A DNA stretch of 64,000 nt from an uncultured Gemmatimonadaceae bacterium (GCA_964348295.1 CAYGBV010000013.1:5993-69992), one strand, 5' to 3'. Positions 50,122 through 60,067 are shown, counted from the first letter of the stretch. Notes: generated by a model from the sequence alone, not told the origin. Numbers and translations: made by a program.

Positions 50122-50688
50122 ATGACCAATGGCAACCCCATCGCCGACGTGGCGAAAGTCGGCGCCGCCGGAAGCAGCATGTGGGGGATCGTACTGCTGA
50201 TCCTCGGCGTGCTCGCCATCTTCGCGCCGTTCGTAGCGGGAACAGCCACAGTGATTACCATCGGCGTGATCCTCATTGCCGCGGGACTCGTGACGATCGT
50301 CGGGGCATTCGGCGCCCGCACGGGCGGCGCCGGAGTGCTGGCGTTCCTGTTGGGCATCATGATGGCGTTGGCCGGTTTGGTGATCTTGGCGCGGCCGCTG
50401 CTCGGCCTGGCATCGATCACGGCGGTGCTGGCCTTCTACTTCGCCTTCGACGGCATCGTCGACATCATCGCCGGCTTCAGGGCACGCCCCACCAGGGAAT
50501 GGTGGTGGCCGGTGTTCGTCGGCATCGTGTCGCTACTCCTCGCCTTCCTCATCTGGCGACAGTGGCCGACATCCGCTGCATGGTTCGTCGGCGTTGTGGT
50601 GGGCGTGCGCCTGATGTTTGCCGGTTGGGGAATGCTGATGATTGGAAGTGTCCAGGCGGCCGTGGCTGACACGATCGAAGGCGGGTGA
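50122..50688 (+). CDS. HdeD/DUF308 family membrane protein
   Basis: WGIVLLILGVLAIFAP, FAFDGIVDII, WPTSAAWFVGVVVGV; six TM helices. Confidence 0.88.
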   Translation: MTNGNPIADVAKVGAAGSSMWGIVLLILGVLAIFAPFVAGTATVITIGVILIAAGLVTIVGAFGARTGGAGVLAFLLGIMMALAGLVILARPLLGLASITAVLAFYFAFDGIVDIIAGFRARPTREWWWPVFVGIVSLLLAFLIWRQWPTSAAWFVGVVVGVRLMFAGWGMLMIGSVQAAVADTIEGG

Positions 50689-51740
50689 ACATGTTGAGGA
50701 TGCTCCGCTTGATTCTGGTCGGCATTCTCGGCCTGGGCGTCCCGGTGTTCAAGGCAACCACGGCCCTGGCAGCGTCGCTGGCGTTGGCCGGGATGCTGCT
50801 CTCGGCCTGCGCCGGCCCGGGCGACCCCCTCCCCTCCTGGAACGATGGCCCCGCGAAGCAGTCCATCACGGACTTCGTGGACCGCGTCACCGATCCGGCT
50901 AGCCCCGACTTCGTGCCGGAGCCCGAGCGCATCGCCGTGTTCGACAACGACGGCACGCTCTGGGCAGAGCAGCCGCTCTACTTCCAGCTCCTGTTCGCGC
51001 TAGACCGGGTGCGGGCATTGGCCGATGAGCGCCCCGAATGGCAGGGACGGCAGCCGTTCCAGGCGATCGTCGAGGACGACCGGGAAGCGCTCGGCCGCCT
51101 GACACTCCACGATGTGGTGCAGGTCGTGATGGCGACGCATGCCGGCCTGACGGTGGACGAGTTCAACCGGCACGTCGCGGACTGGCTGGAGACGGCCCGC
51201 CATCCGCGGTTCAATCAGCCGTTCCATCACCTGACCTACCAGCCGATGCGGGAGGTGCTCGACTACCTGCGGGCCAACGGGTTCAAGACGTTCATCGTCT
51301 CGGGTGGCGGGATGGACTTCATCCGGGTGTTCGCCGAGGAGGTCTACGGCATCCCCCCGGAGCAGGTCATCGGCTCGATGGGGCAGACCGCGTTCGAGGT
51401 GTGGGACGAGGGCCCCGTGCTCGTGAAGCAACCCGAGATCAGCTTCGTGGATGACAAGGCCGGCAAGCCGGTCGGCATCCACCGCTTCATCGGGCGACGC
51501 CCCATTGCGGCCTTCGGCAACTCGGACGGCGACCTGCAGATGCTGCAGCACACCGCAGCCGGTGAAGGCCCGAGTTTGATGGTCCTGCTGCACCACGATG
51601 ACGCCGAGCGGGAATGGGCCTACGATCGGGAGTCGCACGTGGGGCATCTCGATGCGGCCCTGGACGAGGCGCACGAGCGCGGCTGGACGGTGATCTCGAT
51701 GCAGAACGATTGGAGCCGGGTGTTCGCGTTCGGGGAGTGA
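50685..51740 (+). CDS. HAD-family hydrolase, probable lipoprotein
   Basis: Lipobox LSAC; PLPSWND, FDNDGTLW (motif I), IVSGGG, GNSDGD. Confidence 0.88.
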   Translation: MNMLRMLRLILVGILGLGVPVFKATTALAASLALAGMLLSACAGPGDPLPSWNDGPAKQSITDFVDRVTDPASPDFVPEPERIAVFDNDGTLWAEQPLYFQLLFALDRVRALADERPEWQGRQPFQAIVEDDREALGRLTLHDVVQVVMATHAGLTVDEFNRHVADWLETARHPRFNQPFHHLTYQPMREVLDYLRANGFKTFIVSGGGMDFIRVFAEEVYGIPPEQVIGSMGQTAFEVWDEGPVLVKQPEISFVDDKAGKPVGIHRFIGRRPIAAFGNSDGDLQMLQHTAAGEGPSLMVLLHHDDAEREWAYDRESHVGHLDAALDEAHERGWTVISMQNDWSRVFAFGE

Positions 51741-51843
51741 GCCGCGGGACCGACCAACCCAAACGAGCGGCGGCGCCTCGCGGCAGAGATCGAACGATTA
51801 GCAAAGCGGTTGGATGCACTTGACGCCTAGCAAGCTGCAAACG

Positions 51844-54800
51844 ATGAGCGCTCACGGCAGCGGCTCCACGACGGTCAGCGTGGAACGGCGTCTCTTACGG
51901 CGCGCCGCCCTGCTGATTGCGGCACTCCCAGTTCTCCTGCCGACCCTCGACATCACGCCGGCCGCCGCGCAGGACGTTCCGCCCGACAAGGGCGGGATGG
52001 TGTACTCGCTCGGGATGCCACCCGTGTGGAAAGGAGACGCCGGCGCCACGATAGGCCCCTACGATCCGGGGCAGAACGGCCGCCTGAACACGCTCGTCAG
52101 CATGGGCCTGCGCCGCAATCTGGGGAGTCCAGTCGTCGGGCTCGCCGCGCTCGGTGTGGAGGGGTATGCCGGAATGCGGGGAGAACAGGTCGACGGCGGC
52201 GGCCGCGCCCTGTTCATGGTCCCGGCACTACACTTCACGATCGGCGCCGATTTCAACGTGCGCGACGAGGCATTCGACCTGCTGCTGCGTCTGGAGCTGC
52301 CGATCCGCCGGGGTGGCATCCTGGGCCGTGGCACGCAGCTCCGCATCGACTACGTCCCGACCCGCGGCAACACCCTCGGCGTCGGCGTGGGCGTCCCGTT
52401 GTGGGGCCGCAACATCGGTGCCACCCGGCCCAAGCGCAATACTGTGAAGCTGGAGCAGCCGCCGGCCGAGCGGATAGCCCTCGAGCAACCTTCACCGGGG
52501 CTCGACGAGTCCCTCTCCGAGCTGCACGAAGGCGCCCGCTGGATCACGCTGCTGGCGATGCCGCTCACCGATCACGGCGGCGCCGATCCACAGGAAGCGT
52601 TCGGGCGGAGCGTGGCGCAGCTCGAGGCCCACATTGGAGCCGGCCGCTCGCTCAATGAAGAGATCCGTCTGTATCACGCCGAGCTGGACCGCGCTTTCTC
52701 CATCGCGGCCGCGGGCCGCTCCCTACCGCGAGGGGAGAGCACCGCGCAGGGCCGCGCGGCGAGCGCCGCGGCGCGAAGGATCCTGCTCGACGACGTGGTG
52801 CTCCCCTACAACCGGCTCCTGGGCCAGCGCAAGTCCAACGACGCGCTCGACCAGTTCGCGGCGGTCGGGCACGCGGAGTACGCCCGCTGGGTGCTCACCG
52901 AGTCCGGACTCCCGGAGGACCGCTTCCGCGAGGTCTTCTTCGTGTTCCAGACGCTCGTGGACATCGCCGAGGAAGTCAGGGTACTGCAGCGCGAGCGCTG
53001 GAAGGACTCCCGCTTCGTGTGGGTACCACTGCAGCTCGGACTGCGACCGGACGAACACGACACGCAAGCTGAGATCGACGCCATCCTCGAGCGCGCGGTG
53101 GGCGAGCAGTTCACCCGCGGCAATCACGTGTGGTACGTCAGGAACGAGGACTTCCAGCTCCAGATGGCCCGCTCCGTGCTGGAGGCCAAGGAGTATCACG
53201 TGCTGTGGATCCACGATTTCCGCGGCAAGGTCGGAGGCAGGCCGGACGAGATCGCGGGCGCGCAGACTCTCATCTACCTGAACGCGCTGACGCGCCGCGT
53301 GCGCGAGTACGACGAGACCGGAGTGCTGCCGTCTTACTTCATCTTCATCGATCAGCACTACTTCGAGCTGAACGACAGTCGCTACTTCTTCCGTGTGTTG
53401 CACGACCCGCTGGACCATGAGCTGCGCATGCCGGAGGGTTACGAGGAGTGGGAGCGGCGGCTGGCCGCCGCACAGGACAGCCTGCGGCAGGCCGTGGACG
53501 AGTCCGTGCTGCTGCGGGTGCGCCGGCGCCAGTACGGTGAGAACTGGCTCAAGAACCGGATCAAGGTGCACATCAACGTCACGAACCCGTCGGACTTCTC
53601 CTTCAACAGCTTTCACATGGCCGGGATCATCCCGCTGCCCGACAACATCATGCGGGACCACCGCAAGATCGCTTTCTACGACGTTACGGAGGACGATCCC
53701 TACCGCGGCCTCGCCATGTACACGGGCATGGGCATCAGTGATCACTACGCCGGCGCGGGCTGGGAGGATCGTGCCATCATGGTCCAGGGACCATCGGCGC
53801 TGTCGGTGAAGGATGCGGCCCGGCACCTGCTGCGCGCGCAGGGGCTCACGGAAGCGGAGATGCCACTCTCCCTCCGGGCGAAGCCCAAGCCGGCTGACTA
53901 CGACGCGCGGGTCGAAGCCGAGCGGCAGGCGATCGAGAGCGAGTGGCTGGTGGATCCGGGAAGCGTGCTGGAGCTGCACAACGAGACCGGCTTCCAGGCG
54001 AAGCAGATCGACGTCGCCAAGGCGGTGATCTACAGCCTGATGCCGAGCGGCTCGGTGCTCAAGATCCCCGACTCACTGTGGCAAAGCTACGTCTACGCCT
54101 CCCTGCTCGTCGGTAGCGCGCTGCGCGGATGCAAGGTGCTGATCTTCGCGCCCGCCCTGGCATCGGCGCCGAGCTCGGCCGCACCGACCATGGCCCGCGC
54201 CCACGGGTTGTTCAGCGCGCTGGTCTACTGGCGGAACGAGCTGGCGGACGAGTTCCTGGCCGAGGGAGGCCTTCTCAAGATCGGTCTTTATGCGCCTCGT
54301 TCCGGCGTGGGCGACCTGCGTGGCCGCATCATCCAGGCACGCGAGACCAGGGTAGCCGCCCTGGCGGATCTCTACCCGGGCAATCCGGTGGTGCAGGCGG
54401 TGCTCGACAGCATGGAATACATCCTTGACGAGGTCGGATACGAAACCGAGTACCTCATCGCTGCCGATACGACGGAGCGGCCCAAGCTGCACCTCAAGGC
54501 CAACTTCGTCATTTCCGGGGAGGCGTGGGATGCCCTGTACGACCGTCCGGAGTGGGGCCCGGTGGTGCGCGAGTACCTGAAGTACGTGGCGCGCGAGACC
54601 GGTCGCGTGGAGAGCCGGGTCGACGCACGGGAAGCTCCACAGGCGCTACAGGAGGCCTTCGCGGAAATGATTCGCGGCATGCTGGACGACCACCCCGCGG
54701 CGCGGCAGGAGCAGTGGCTCGCCTACCTCACCGTCGGGTCCGTGAACATGGATTATCGCAGCATGGTGATGGACGGCGAGGTGATGATCACGGTCTCCGG

Positions 54801-54948
54801 GTGGGGGGCGGCGGTCGGTCTCATGGACTTCATGCTCCTCGTCGGGCTGTGTGAGTGGATCGAGGATCAAGCCGGTCTCGACGCGCTGCTGCCGCCGCCC
54901 TCGGGGGCCACGCGCAGGATGGCGAACCTGATGAAGTTGATGCTATGA
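51844..54948 (+). CDS. Large exported phospholipase D-superfamily protein with N-terminal beta-barrel-like region
   Basis: Signal peptide; HRKIAFYD (HKD1), WEDRAIMVQGPSA, HLKANF (degenerate HKD2), VGSVNMDYRS. Confidence 0.6.
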   Translation: MSAHGSGSTTVSVERRLLRRAALLIAALPVLLPTLDITPAAAQDVPPDKGGMVYSLGMPPVWKGDAGATIGPYDPGQNGRLNTLVSMGLRRNLGSPVVGLAALGVEGYAGMRGEQVDGGGRALFMVPALHFTIGADFNVRDEAFDLLLRLELPIRRGGILGRGTQLRIDYVPTRGNTLGVGVGVPLWGRNIGATRPKRNTVKLEQPPAERIALEQPSPGLDESLSELHEGARWITLLAMPLTDHGGADPQEAFGRSVAQLEAHIGAGRSLNEEIRLYHAELDRAFSIAAAGRSLPRGESTAQGRAASAAARRILLDDVVLPYNRLLGQRKSNDALDQFAAVGHAEYARWVLTESGLPEDRFREVFFVFQTLVDIAEEVRVLQRERWKDSRFVWVPLQLGLRPDEHDTQAEIDAILERAVGEQFTRGNHVWYVRNEDFQLQMARSVLEAKEYHVLWIHDFRGKVGGRPDEIAGAQTLIYLNALTRRVREYDETGVLPSYFIFIDQHYFELNDSRYFFRVLHDPLDHELRMPEGYEEWERRLAAAQDSLRQAVDESVLLRVRRRQYGENWLKNRIKVHINVTNPSDFSFNSFHMAGIIPLPDNIMRDHRKIAFYDVTEDDPYRGLAMYTGMGISDHYAGAGWEDRAIMVQGPSALSVKDAARHLLRAQGLTEAEMPLSLRAKPKPADYDARVEAERQAIESEWLVDPGSVLELHNETGFQAKQIDVAKAVIYSLMPSGSVLKIPDSLWQSYVYASLLVGSALRGCKVLIFAPALASAPSSAAPTMARAHGLFSALVYWRNELADEFLAEGGLLKIGLYAPRSGVGDLRGRIIQARETRVAALADLYPGNPVVQAVLDSMEYILDEVGYETEYLIAADTTERPKLHLKANFVISGEAWDALYDRPEWGPVVREYLKYVARETGRVESRVDAREAPQALQEAFAEMIRGMLDDHPAARQEQWLAYLTVGSVNMDYRSMVMDGEVMITVSGWGAAVGLMDFMLLVGLCEWIEDQAGLDALLPPPSGATRRMANLMKLML

Positions 54949-55141
54949 GCGTGGCGGGAGGAAGCGGGTTTTCGGGTTCAGGGTAGGCGTTCAGCCACGC
55001 AAAGATCCGCACCTCGGGGCAACGCCCCGACACTTAGGCCTACCCTCTAGGGCAGTACATTCGAGCCACACCGGCACTCCCAAGCACTGGAAATCGTAGC
55101 TTCTGGAGCCAGATCGGTCTTGAAGACGGTGGACCTTGCCG

Positions 55142-55179
55142 TAATAACGCTTGACGTTATTAACGCACTGCGCTACTAT
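55142..55179 (+). promoter_or_regulatory. higBA sigma70 promoter with overlapping palindromic operator
   Basis: TTGACG (55151-56), 17 nt, TACTAT (55174-79); TAATAACG-N5-CGTTATTA at 55142-55162; GTG start 7 nt after -10 suggests a leaderless mRNA. Confidence 0.75.
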
Positions 55180-55185
55180 TGCTAG

Positions 55186-55467
55186 GTGATCAAGAGCTTC
55201 CGGGACCGCGACACCGAGCGCGTCTTCCACCGGGAGCGCGTCCGCCGGTGGCCGGGGCCATTCCTCCGAGCGGCCCTGCGGAAGCTGTTGCTGCTCGACG
55301 CTGCAGAGACCCTGCACGACCTGCGGGTCCCGCCTGGCAACCGGCTCGAGACGCTGCGGGGAGCGCGAGAGGGGCAACACAGCATACGGATCAACGATCA
55401 GTGGCGGATCTGCTTCCGCTGGCGCGATGGAGACGCCTACGACGTCGAGATCGTTGACTACCACTAG
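55186..55467 (+). CDS. higB: RelE/HigB family toxin
   Basis: MIKSF, LRVPPGNRLE.L, QHSIRINDQWRICF, VEIVDYH. Confidence 0.93.
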   Translation: MIKSFRDRDTERVFHRERVRRWPGPFLRAALRKLLLLDAAETLHDLRVPPGNRLETLRGAREGQHSIRINDQWRICFRWRDGDAYDVEIVDYH

Positions 55468-55475
55468 GGGGAAAG

Positions 55476-55775
55476 ATGGCGTCGAAGAAGCTGCCGCCGA
55501 TCCATCCCGGCGAGATCCTGCTGGAGGAGTTCCTCGAGCCGCTGGAGATCAGTCAGTACCGGGTGGCGAAGGACATCAGCGTGCCGCCGCGGCGCATCAA
55601 TGAGATCGTGCACGGTACCCGCGCGATCACGGCCGACACGGCGCTGCGGCTGGCCCGCTACTTCGGCACCTCGGAGCGCTTCTGGATGAACCTGCAGACC
55701 CGCTACGACCTGGAGGTGGAGAAGGACCGTCTCGCCGGCCGACTCGAGAAGGAGGTGCTGAAACGCGCCGTCTGA
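55476..55775 (+). CDS. higA: HigA family antitoxin (HTH)
   Basis: PIHPGEILLEEFL, RINEIVHG.RAITADTALRLARYFGTS..FWMNLQ. Confidence 0.95.
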   Translation: MASKKLPPIHPGEILLEEFLEPLEISQYRVAKDISVPPRRINEIVHGTRAITADTALRLARYFGTSERFWMNLQTRYDLEVEKDRLAGRLEKEVLKRAV

Positions 55776-55776
55776 G

Positions 55777-58116
55777 CTACCGCCCGCCCCGCCCCGCCAG
55801 CTCCCGCTCCACGAACTCCTTCACCTGCCGCCCGATCGGGTTGTCGGGGTGCAGCGTGATCATGCGGTCCGCCAGCGTGAGCGCGCGCCGTAGCTGGTCA
55901 CGCTTTACGTAGTGATCGGCCAGGGCGAAGAGGAAATCAAAGTTCTCCGGCTCGGCGTCCAGGGCGCGGCGCAGGGCGACCTCGGCCTCGCGCATGCGGT
56001 CCACCGCCTGCAGCGCTAAGCCATAGTTATAGTGCGCCCGTGCCCGCTCGGGCATCCCCGCCGAGGCGCGCCCCAGGAACTCCACCGCCTCGTCCACCCG
56101 CTCCATCTCGGCCAGCAGCAGCCCCAGGGAGTACGCGGCCTCGTGCTGCTCCGGATAGTCCTCGACCAGCTCGCGCAGCAGCACCTCGGCCTCGTCGTTG
56201 CGGCCCTGCGAGTTGAGCAGCACGGCGAGGTTGGACTTGGCCGGATAGAACAGGTCGTCGATCTCGAGCGCCGTGCGGTAGTACCGCTCGGCGCGGGCGG
56301 CGTCTCCCAGCCGCGCGTACAGGTTGCCCAGGTTGTGCCCCGCGAACGCGAAGTCGAGCGAGTAGGCCATGGTGCGCGCGTATTCCTCGAGCGCCGCCGT
56401 GCGCTGTGCCTGCTGGTACGGCTGGAGCATCGCGGTCGGTGCGTCCGCCAGCCGCACCGCGGCTTCGATGCGCACGGCCCGCACCGGGTCGAACAGCAGG
56501 GGCGCTACGAGCTCGACGTACCGCTCGGGCGTCGCCGCGCTCGCACTGGAGAGCGCGGTGTAGCGGATCAGCGGGTCCTCGTCCTGCAGCGCCAGGTTGA
56601 AGGCCTCCGTGCTCTCCTCGGCGGGGTAGCCGCTCAGGTAGTCCAGCGCGGTGGCGCGCACGATGGCGGGGTACAGCGGGTCGGCCGCCATCTCGATGAG
56701 CTGCTCGCGCGCTTCGGGCCGCCCGGCGCGGGCCGCGGCGAACACCTGCCCGTAGTGCGGCCGCTTCGCCTCGCCGTACCACTGCGTGTAGTAGCGCAGC
56801 GACCACGCCAGGGGCTGGTCGTCGTGGCAGCCGCTCGCGGTACAGGCGTTGGGCGCGCCCATCTCGCGCGACAGATCGGGCCGCGGCAGGCGCAGGCTGT
56901 GGTCGGCCCGCCAGTCCACCACCATGTACGGCTGCTCCACCATGTGGCAGCTCACGCACAGGGCGGCGTCACTGGGCTCGCCCCCGTACACCTCTTGATG
57001 GAAGTGGTGGTCGTAGCTGTCGTAGACGTCGGCCCGGTGACACTGCGTGCACAGCGCGTTCCCCTCCTCGTGCAACTGGAGGCTGTGTACATCGTGGCAG
57101 TCACTGCAGCGCACGTCGTTGCGGTACATCTTGCTCTGTACGAACGAGCCGTAGACGTAGACCTCCTCCAGGATCTGCCCGTCGGCGTGATACAGCCCTT
57201 CGCGCAGCACCGCGGGCAGGGCGTGGTCCAGCAGCTCGGCGCTGCGGTGGTCGTAGTTTCCCAGCTCCGTGCGGCGCGAGTGGCACGGTGCGCACAGCGC
57301 CACCTGCTCGGCGCTGGTGATGTCGCCGGTCGGCACCACGAGGTCGTAGTACTCCACTGCCGGGCGCGCCATGGGAGGCAGCTCCGCCCACGCCACGTGT
57401 CGCGAGCCCGGGCCGTGGCACGCCTCGCAGCTCACGTCGATCTCGGACCACGTGGTCTCGAAGTCCTGGGAGGCCGCGTCGTAGCCCTTGATCAGGTTGG
57501 TCGAGTGGCACTCGGCGCACATCCCGTTCCAGTTCTGCGCGCCGCGGGTCCAGTGCAGCCAGTCATCGGGCGGGATGTCCTGTCCGGGATAGAGAAAGAA
57601 CCACTCCTCGCGCTCGGTGTCCCACGCGACCGACAGGGCCTGCAGCCGCCCGCCGGGGAATGGAATCAGATACTGCTGCAGCGGCTCCCACCCGAACGTG
57701 TAGGTGATCTCGTACTCCGCGGCTTCACCGTCGGGGCCTTCGGCCCACACGTAGTACTTCCCGTCGCGCCGGTAGAAGCGCGTCGTGTCGCCGCGGTACA
57801 CGAAGACTGCATCATCGAAGTCGCCCCGCACCGTGCTGTCGCTCGCGACCGTCATGGCGTGGTCGTGATCCGAGCCCTGCCACGCCTCGTACGCCTGCTC
57901 GTGGCAGGAGATGCACTGGTCCCGACCCACGAACGCGGCGGGTGCCGCGGTGGCAGCTCCTCGCTCGGTGGTTGCGAAGCGCTCCTTCACCAGATAGAGC
58001 GGCAACGACAGCACGATCACCGCCGTGGCGACGACGCCGGCCGTGATCCAGCGCTGCAGGTCGGCCCCGTCGGCCGCCGACGGCGGCGTGCCCGTGTCGC
58101 GCTGCTCGTCGCTCAC
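55777..58116 (-). CDS. Membrane-anchored multiheme c-type cytochrome with HEAT/TPR C-terminus
   Basis: Seven CxxCH (CISCH, CAECH, CEACH, CAPCH, CSDCH, CTQCH, CVSCH) plus CTASGCH; TPRs (HNLGNLY, YSLGLLL, YNYGLAL). Confidence 0.88.
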   Translation of the reverse strand: MSDEQRDTGTPPSAADGADLQRWITAGVVATAVIVLSLPLYLVKERFATTERGAATAAPAAFVGRDQCISCHEQAYEAWQGSDHDHAMTVASDSTVRGDFDDAVFVYRGDTTRFYRRDGKYYVWAEGPDGEAAEYEITYTFGWEPLQQYLIPFPGGRLQALSVAWDTEREEWFFLYPGQDIPPDDWLHWTRGAQNWNGMCAECHSTNLIKGYDAASQDFETTWSEIDVSCEACHGPGSRHVAWAELPPMARPAVEYYDLVVPTGDITSAEQVALCAPCHSRRTELGNYDHRSAELLDHALPAVLREGLYHADGQILEEVYVYGSFVQSKMYRNDVRCSDCHDVHSLQLHEEGNALCTQCHRADVYDSYDHHFHQEVYGGEPSDAALCVSCHMVEQPYMVVDWRADHSLRLPRPDLSREMGAPNACTASGCHDDQPLAWSLRYYTQWYGEAKRPHYGQVFAAARAGRPEAREQLIEMAADPLYPAIVRATALDYLSGYPAEESTEAFNLALQDEDPLIRYTALSSASAATPERYVELVAPLLFDPVRAVRIEAAVRLADAPTAMLQPYQQAQRTAALEEYARTMAYSLDFAFAGHNLGNLYARLGDAARAERYYRTALEIDDLFYPAKSNLAVLLNSQGRNDEAEVLLRELVEDYPEQHEAAYSLGLLLAEMERVDEAVEFLGRASAGMPERARAHYNYGLALQAVDRMREAEVALRRALDAEPENFDFLFALADHYVKRDQLRRALTLADRMITLHPDNPIGRQVKEFVERELAGRGGR

Positions 58117-58661
58117 GCGCGCGTCACCTGCGTCGGCTCATAGGCACGACGCTTCTGCAGGTTGGCGGTGTTCACCTTCACGACGCGGTTCTCGATGCGC
58201 ACCTCGTAGAGATCCAGCGCGCGTGGCGCCGGCGGGTTCACCACGTCGCCGTGGATGTCGAACGCGGAGGCGTGACACGGACAGACGAAGCGGTGCTCTT
58301 CGTCCACCCAGGGCACGGTGCATCCCAGATGCGTGCACTCGCGAGAGACGGCAAGGAAGCCGCCGTCGGCCAGCCGCACCAGGTAGAAGCGTCCCTGCGG
58401 GAAGGCGGTCACCGAATCGGGCTCGAATCGGTCCACCGGCCCGGCCACCACTACGCCCGTGGTCTCCTCGCGCCGACGCGCGCGGCGCGGCCTGAGGAAG
58501 TCCACCACCACCCACGCGCCCTCGGCCAGCATTACGCCGAGCAGCCCGAGCCACGCGGCCCACAGGAAGCGGCGGCGGCCGCCCGATGAACCGGGCGTCT
58601 GCGTCGCTCGATCGCGCTGCGGTTCGCCGCGCTCCCCCTTGCTCCGCTTGCGCTGGGCCAT
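58113..58661 (-). CDS. Rieske 2Fe-2S protein
   Basis: RRRFL Tat-like anchor, CTHLGC, CPCHAS; start ATG 58661. Confidence 0.92.
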   Translation of the reverse strand: MAQRKRSKGERGEPQRDRATQTPGSSGGRRRFLWAAWLGLLGVMLAEGAWVVVDFLRPRRARRREETTGVVVAGPVDRFEPDSVTAFPQGRFYLVRLADGGFLAVSRECTHLGCTVPWVDEEHRFVCPCHASAFDIHGDVVNPPAPRALDLYEVRIENRVVKVNTANLQKRRAYEPTQVTRA

Positions 58662-58663
58662 CA

Positions 58664-60067
58664 CTACGAGCCCCACGGCCACACGAGCGCCATGCCCGGA
58701 CCGCGGAACCACACGCCGGTCGCGGTGAGCGCCGCGAAGGCCACGAACAGGAAGACGAACGCCGCCTGGATCGCCTCGTTGCGGGTGGCGCCGATGCGGC
58801 GGCGCGCCACCAGGTAGAGCCCCGCGAGCACTCCTCCGAGAACGGCGACCGGGAGCACACCCTCGCTGAGCGCCGCCGGCAGGCCCGACAGCCAGCCGCC
58901 GAAATCGATCACGAACTCGTCGAGCACGACCCACAGCGGCGTGAGCACTGCGGCCAGCAGCGCCGCCCACAGCGCGAGGCGCCGGCCCTTGAGCGACGCG
59001 AACCAGATGCCCGAGGTGTCCTCGTCGTAGCGCACGTAGGGGATGAGCAACAGGGCGACGACCCCTACCAGCGGTAGCAGCACCACCGCGAATACCGGGT
59101 GGAAGTGCAGCAGCAGCTCCTGGATGCCAACGAAGTACCACGGGGCCTTGGCCGGGTTGGGACTCATGCCGGGATTGGCCGCCGCATCCAGGGGGGCCGC
59201 GACCAGCGCCGCGAACACCATGACGAACGCCACCAGGATCAGCGCCACCACGAACTCCCTGAGCAGCAGGTACGGCAGCCCCAGCACCTTCTCCGGCGAT
59301 TCCTCCACGGGCTCCCCTGGCGCGCGCGGCACCACCACGCCCTTGGCCTTGCGCACCCGCCAGAAGTGGAATCCCATGAGCAGCACGATCGTGACCGGCA
59401 CGATGGTCGTGTGCAGCGTGTAGAACGTGATGAGCGTGGCACGGCCGATCTCCCGGCCGCCCCGCACCACGCGCTGCAGCCACTCGCCCGCCAGCGGCAC
59501 GTAGCCGATCATCCCGGTGGAGATCGTCACCGCCCAATACGAGAGCTGGTCCCACGGCAGCAGGTAGCCGGTGAAGTTGGAGGCCAGCACGCACAACAGC
59601 AGCCCGAGCCCGAGCACCCAGTTGAACTGGCGCGGCGGGTGGTAGGCGCCGGTGAAGTACACCCGCAGCAGGTGCAACACCACGACCGCGATCAGGAAGT
59701 TGGCGCTCCAGTGGTGCACGCTCCGCACCAGCCGCCCGAACAGCACCTCGCGCTCGAGGCCCAGCACGGAGGCATACGCGCCCTCGGGCGAGGGCTCGTA
59801 GCCGAACATCATCAGCACACCGGTGGAGATCAGCAGCAGCACCAGCACGAGCGACATCCCGCCGAGCCCGAAGGTGTGCGTGTAGCTCAACGTTTTCGCG
59901 GGCACCCGCACCGGCCGGAAGTGCAGCACGAAGTTGTTGAACACGATCCACTTGCGGTCGCGATCCGAACGGGGCCGGATCGGGCCGCGGAAGATGGAGC
60001 GCCACACCCGACCGAGCAGGCCGGGCGCGACTTCGGCGGAGCGGTTCTCTGGATCGGTGTGCGTCAT
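58664..60067 (-). CDS. Cytochrome b/b6 fused with subunit IV
   Basis: SVHHWSAN...LHLLR, GYLLPWDQLSYWA, TLH...FHFWRVRK, APWYF. Confidence 0.92.
   Translation of the reverse strand: MTHTDPENRSAEVAPGLLGRVWRSIFRGPIRPRSDRDRKWIVFNNFVLHFRPVRVPAKTLSYTHTFGLGGMSLVLVLLLISTGVLMMFGYEPSPEGAYASVLGLEREVLFGRLVRSVHHWSANFLIAVVVLHLLRVYFTGAYHPPRQFNWVLGLGLLLCVLASNFTGYLLPWDQLSYWAVTISTGMIGYVPLAGEWLQRVVRGGREIGRATLITFYTLHTTIVPVTIVLLMGFHFWRVRKAKGVVVPRAPGEPVEESPEKVLGLPYLLLREFVVALILVAFVMVFAALVAAPLDAAANPGMSPNPAKAPWYFVGIQELLLHFHPVFAVVLLPLVGVVALLLIPYVRYDEDTSGIWFASLKGRRLALWAALLAAVLTPLWVVLDEFVIDFGGWLSGLPAALSEGVLPVAVLGGVLAGLYLVARRRIGATRNEAIQAAFVFLFVAFAALTATGVWFRGPGMALVWPWGS

Noticed and set aside
51738-51830. 29 in-frame codons after the HAD TGA (…ERRRLAAEIERLAKRLDALDA*), possible Sec or stop readthrough
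   Set aside because: HAD is complete at the TGA, there is no Cys-like context or convincing SECIS; chance or a relic is more likely
54980-55140. tRNA-like fragments (GCCGGTGTGG, GGTCTTGAAGAC) and short hairpins before higBA
   Set aside because: No acceptor stem, T-loop or properly paired anticodon arm
54991-55464. 157-aa minus-strand ORF over higB
   Set aside because: Antisense shadow of higB
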